A stretch of 64,000 bases of DNA, taken from assembly GCA_028693705.1 (NCBI GenBank), contig JAQUUX010000004.1, positions 779 through 64,778 on the forward strand, read 5' to 3'. Below the pieces are notes generated by a model that did not search any database, was not told where the DNA came from, and saw only the letters and a program-made list of their open reading frames with translations. The stretch's first letter is position 1. Each line of letters opens with the position of its first letter. Shown here piece after piece: positions 61,354 through 64,000 of this stretch. Both the position numbers and the translations under genes were made by a program. Source of the DNA: Lachnospiraceae bacterium. GTDB taxonomy: Bacteria; Bacillota; Clostridia; Lachnospirales; Lachnospiraceae.

Positions 61354-61983
61354 ATGGACAGTAATAAGAAATATGTTATTACAATTGCGAGACAGTATGG
61401 AAGCGGTGGTAAAACTATTGGAGAAATGCTGGCAAAAGATTTAGGAATCCATGTTTATGGCAGAGAACTGCTGAAACTTGCTTCTGATGAGAGCGGCATT
61501 AACGAGGCTTTGTTTGCAAAAGCAGATGAAAAGGTAAAAGATTCCAGATTGTTTCGTATCGCGCAGAATGTGTACAGTGGGGAACTGATTCCACCGGAAA
61601 ATGATGATTTTACCTCAAACGATAATTTATTTAATTACCAGGCAAAAATTATTAAACAGCTGGCAGAAGAAGAATCATGTGTGATTGTTGGTCGTTGTGC
61701 TGATTATATTTTGAAGGATTATGATCATGTTTTAAGCGTATTTATCCATGCACCTAAGGATTTCTGTATGGAACAGTCCTCTAGAAAGCTTAGCATGCCT
61801 TCAAAGGAACTGGAAAAGTTCATTGCAAAGACAGATAAGTATCGTGCTGATTACTACAAATATCATACGGGAAGAGATTGGACAGATGCCAGAAACTATG
61901 ATTTGTGTCTTGATTCTTCAAAACTTGGTTTTGAGAGATGTGTGGCAGAGATTAAAGCTTATATGAATGTTCGCTTTCAATAA
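61354..61983 (+). CDS. Cytidylate kinase-like family P-loop protein
   Basis: 209 aa. Contains ITIARQYGSGGKTIGEMLAKDLG. Confidence 0.7.
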   Translation: MDSNKKYVITIARQYGSGGKTIGEMLAKDLGIHVYGRELLKLASDESGINEALFAKADEKVKDSRLFRIAQNVYSGELIPPENDDFTSNDNLFNYQAKIIKQLAEEESCVIVGRCADYILKDYDHVLSVFIHAPKDFCMEQSSRKLSMPSKELEKFIAKTDKYRADYYKYHTGRDWTDARNYDLCLDSSKLGFERCVAEIKAYMNVRFQ

Positions 61984-62018
61984 AAAATATAATTAAAAAA
62001 TCATTTAATAAAAAAAGT

Positions 62019-62050
62019 AAGAGCAGCTGAAAAACAGCTGCTCTTTTTCT
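62019..62050. terminator. Bidirectional terminator between convergent genes
   Basis: AAGAGCAGCTG / CAGCTGCTCTT perfect 11-bp stem, flanked by an A-run upstream and a T-run downstream. Confidence 0.8.
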
Positions 62051-62058
62051 GAAAAATT

Positions 62059-62676
62059 TTAATGATATAAACGAAATACACCAAATACTTTTCCAAGAAT
62101 CTTACAATCATTTACAATGATTGGATCCATAGTGTCGTTTTCCGGCTGTAAACGAATGTGACCGTCTTCTTTATAAAAAGTCTTAACAGTAGCAGAATCA
62201 TCAATTAAAGCAACAACTGTATCACCGTTTCTGGCTGTATCACACACCTGCACAAAAATTTGATCTCCACTGTAGATACCGGCATTAATCATGGATTCAC
62301 CTTTGACCTTTAAAATAAAAGATTCACCATGGGGTACCATTTCAGCAGGAATAGGAAAATAGCTTTCAATATTTGCTTCAGCAAGAATAGGCTGACCGGC
62401 AGCAACAGTTCCTATAACCGGAAGATTAACCATTTCTGTCCGAACCATTTGAAAGCTGTCATCACAGATCTCAATTGCACGAGGCTTCGTAGGATCTCTT
62501 CTAATATAACCATTTTTCTCTAAGGTCTCTAAATGGGCATGAACGGAAGAAGTTGATTTTAAATTTACAGCATCACAGATTTCTCTTACAGCCGGCGGAT
62601 AACCCCGTTTTAATATTTCATCTTTAATATATTCCAATATCTGTTCCTGCTTCGCAGTAATCTTACCATATCCCAT
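62059..62676 (-). CDS. lexA: LexA repressor
   Basis: 205 aa. N-terminal wHTH ([25 protein letters not shown]), AAG cleavage-site region (VAAGQP), and S24 peptidase motifs GESM and NGD. Confidence 0.92.
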   Translation of the reverse strand: MGYGKITAKQEQILEYIKDEILKRGYPPAVREICDAVNLKSTSSVHAHLETLEKNGYIRRDPTKPRAIEICDDSFQMVRTEMVNLPVIGTVAAGQPILAEANIESYFPIPAEMVPHGESFILKVKGESMINAGIYSGDQIFVQVCDTARNGDTVVALIDDSATVKTFYKEDGHIRLQPENDTMDPIIVNDCKILGKVFGVFRLYH

Positions 62677-62740
62677 ATAGCTACCTCCTTAATTTATAAC
62701 TATTTTATCATAGCAAATAGTAAAAAGCAAACATATATTC

Positions 62741-62754
62741 CGAAAATCTGTTCG
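62741..62754. promoter_or_regulatory. LexA (Cheo-type) box 1: CGAAAATCTGTTCG
   Basis: Matches the Firmicute SOS box CGAAC-N4-GTTCG at 9 of 10 half-site positions. It lies in the lexA upstream region. Confidence 0.65.
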
Positions 62755-62773
62755 ACTTTTTGCGCAAAAAGTA

Positions 62774-62802
62774 TTGACATTCGAAACTTTGTTCGATAAA
62801 AT
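62774..62802 (+). promoter_or_regulatory. Candidate sigma-A promoter of the yneA-like gene: TTGACA, 17-nt spacer, TAAAAT
   Basis: -35 at 62774-62779 and -10 at 62797-62802. LexA box 2 fills the spacer. Confidence 0.6.
62782..62795. promoter_or_regulatory. LexA box 2: CGAAACTTTGTTCG
   Basis: Matches the SOS box at 9 of 10 half-site positions. It sits inside the promoter spacer. Confidence 0.65.
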
Positions 62803-62808
62803 GAATTC

Positions 62809-62822
62809 AGAACAGATGTTCG
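62809..62822. promoter_or_regulatory. LexA box 3: AGAACAGATGTTCG
   Basis: GAAC-N4-GTTC core intact. It lies just downstream of the -10. Confidence 0.65.
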
Positions 62823-62835
62823 CAACACCTGTTCG
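62822..62835. promoter_or_regulatory. LexA box 4 (weaker): GCAACACCTGTTCG
   Basis: Right half-site GTTCG intact, left half degenerate. It abuts box 3 and shares one G with it. Confidence 0.45.
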
Positions 62836-62872
62836 ATAAAAATAATTATTCAATAGAGTGGAGCGTGATAGT

Positions 62873-63241
62873 ATGAGCAGAAGAGAAAGAGAACGTCAGA
62901 TTAGAAATAAACGTATCAAAAGAGCCAGAACATTAAAGAGAAATATGATACTGACTTTTATGACGATTTGTTTTGTCTTTATTATTGGCTTTACAATTGA
63001 TGGTTTCAGATCTAATGCAAAGGACAATCAGGCTGTTTCATACAAGTACTATACGACGATTACTGTGGAAAACGGAGATAATCTATGGGCCATTGCAAAT
63101 ACCTATGCTGATCAGGAACACTATGAATCTACAGAACAGTATATTAATGAAGTTGTAAAAATGAATCATTTACAGGATGAACAGATATATAGCGGAGACA
63201 CATTATGTATCCCGTATTATTCAAATGAATTTAAACAATAA
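62873..63241 (+). CDS. yneA: YneA-like SOS-inducible LysM-domain membrane protein (putative cell division inhibitor)
   Basis: Basic N-terminus, one TM segment (MILTFMTICFVFIIGFTI), and a C-terminal LysM domain (ITVENGDNLWAIANTY...YSGDTLCIPY). Divergent from lexA and preceded by LexA boxes, as in B. subtilis. Confidence 0.7.
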   Translation: MSRRERERQIRNKRIKRARTLKRNMILTFMTICFVFIIGFTIDGFRSNAKDNQAVSYKYYTTITVENGDNLWAIANTYADQEHYESTEQYINEVVKMNHLQDEQIYSGDTLCIPYYSNEFKQ

Positions 63242-63382
63242 AATGAGATGAAATGCCCCAAACTCAATATGTTTTTGTGATAGATGATGGAATTCTTTTA
63301 CAAGAAATTTAGATGAATATTACAGAATACTGATAGATAGACATAGCCTTCCATACATATAATACTTTTAGGAAGGTGAATC

Positions 63383-63829
63383 ATGACAAATTCGGAAGTT
63401 ATGTTAAAACATATACATGATACAGGTGTTTTGTATCATTATACGAAAAGCAACGGGATCAATGGAATTATTCATTCCAACTGCTTTTGGGCAACCAAAA
63501 GTGATTTTTTTAATGATCCTAAGGAGTTTTCCTATATAGAAAATATTATTACCTCAATTTGTGAAGAATGTATTCCAAATGTAACATGGCGTAAGATGTT
63601 TTTAAAGGATGTATTAGAGGAGCGAATATTACTTAGAGGTGGTAAGAATAGAGATTATTTTGTTCTTTCATATTCCAATTCCAGAGACAGTATTACTATG
63701 TGGTCAGAATTTGGCAGTAAAACCGGTTATAATATCGGTCTTTATAGTAAAGAGATTATTCGCCGAATAGAAGAACAGAATAAGATAGACTATCATGGAT
63801 TTGTAATCTATGATCCTGATGTTGTATAA
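63383..63829 (+). CDS. DUF2971-family protein, possibly C-terminally truncated
   Basis: The LYHYTKSNGINGIIHSNCFWATKSDFFNDPKEF signature is typical of DUF2971. At 148 aa it looks short for the family. Confidence 0.55.
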   Translation: MTNSEVMLKHIHDTGVLYHYTKSNGINGIIHSNCFWATKSDFFNDPKEFSYIENIITSICEECIPNVTWRKMFLKDVLEERILLRGGKNRDYFVLSYSNSRDSITMWSEFGSKTGYNIGLYSKEIIRRIEEQNKIDYHGFVIYDPDVV

Positions 63830-63937
63830 ATAAAGTTGGCACCCTTAATTCAAAGATTATGTATATAATAAAGAGAATAAGGAGGTGCTGACAAATGGCA
63901 CGTAATCAACGTCACTACTGTTTTTTGCAAGTACTTT

Positions 63938-64000
63938 TTGGACAAAGTTGCAAAACATTTTTGGACATTGTTGCATGTCCAAATTGGACAAAGTTGCAAA
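63938..64000 (+). repeat. Three direct repeats at 23-nt spacing, cut by the window edge
   Basis: TTGGACAAAGTTGCAAA at 63938-63954 and again at 63984-64000. Variant TTGGACATTGTTGCA at 63961-63975. Confidence 0.7.

Noticed and set aside
63895-64000. Partial ORF (MARNQRHYCFLQ...) with a good RBS at the window edge.
   Set aside because: I did not list it as a feature. Only 35 codons are visible, and two thirds of them are the translation of the 23-nt-period DNA repeats. It is kept as part of a finding instead.

Overview
AT-rich chromosomal segment with the gene content and order of a spore-forming Firmicute. A Clostridia or Lachnospiraceae-like origin is my inference, not a search result. Almost everything is core metabolism and housekeeping, mostly on the + strand: metH (5' end cut by the window edge), ilvB-ilvN-ilvN'-ilvC, a divergent LysR regulator with leuCD, ruvAB, zapA, a U32 peptidase, a SEDS/bPBP pair, an HD-GYP protein, ytfI/ytfJ-like sporulation genes, rpmB / asp23-yloV-recG, degV, a second type IIA topoisomerase pair, rsmD-coaD, an amidase, ylbJ, pseudouridine synthases, ygiQ, recU, hisZGDB plus an unusual hisIE fusion, a radical-SAM/RNase G trio, rplU-prp-rpmA-obg-yhbY-nadD-yqeK-rsfS, a liv ABC transporter, and lexA with a divergent yneA-like SOS gene. 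I saw no rRNA, tRNA or CRISPR array, and no transposase, integrase or phage genes. The clearly unusual content is a non-coding, palindrome-rich repeat family that I cannot assign to a known class. There are two full copies of about 620 bp (5795-6424 and 51177-51787) and one inverted copy of the 3' module only (9302-9570). The copies are bounded by the palindrome AAACTGCAGTTT and sit on or within a few nt of stop codons. They carry compensatory substitutions in a long stem and a core of about 150 nt that is nearly identical in all three copies. Lesser points are a HisA/F-like barrel missing its catalytic Asp and fused to HisIE, an RsuA-HAD fusion, tandem AHAS small subunits, a four-box SOS operator region, and iteron-like 23-nt-period repeats cut by the right window edge.
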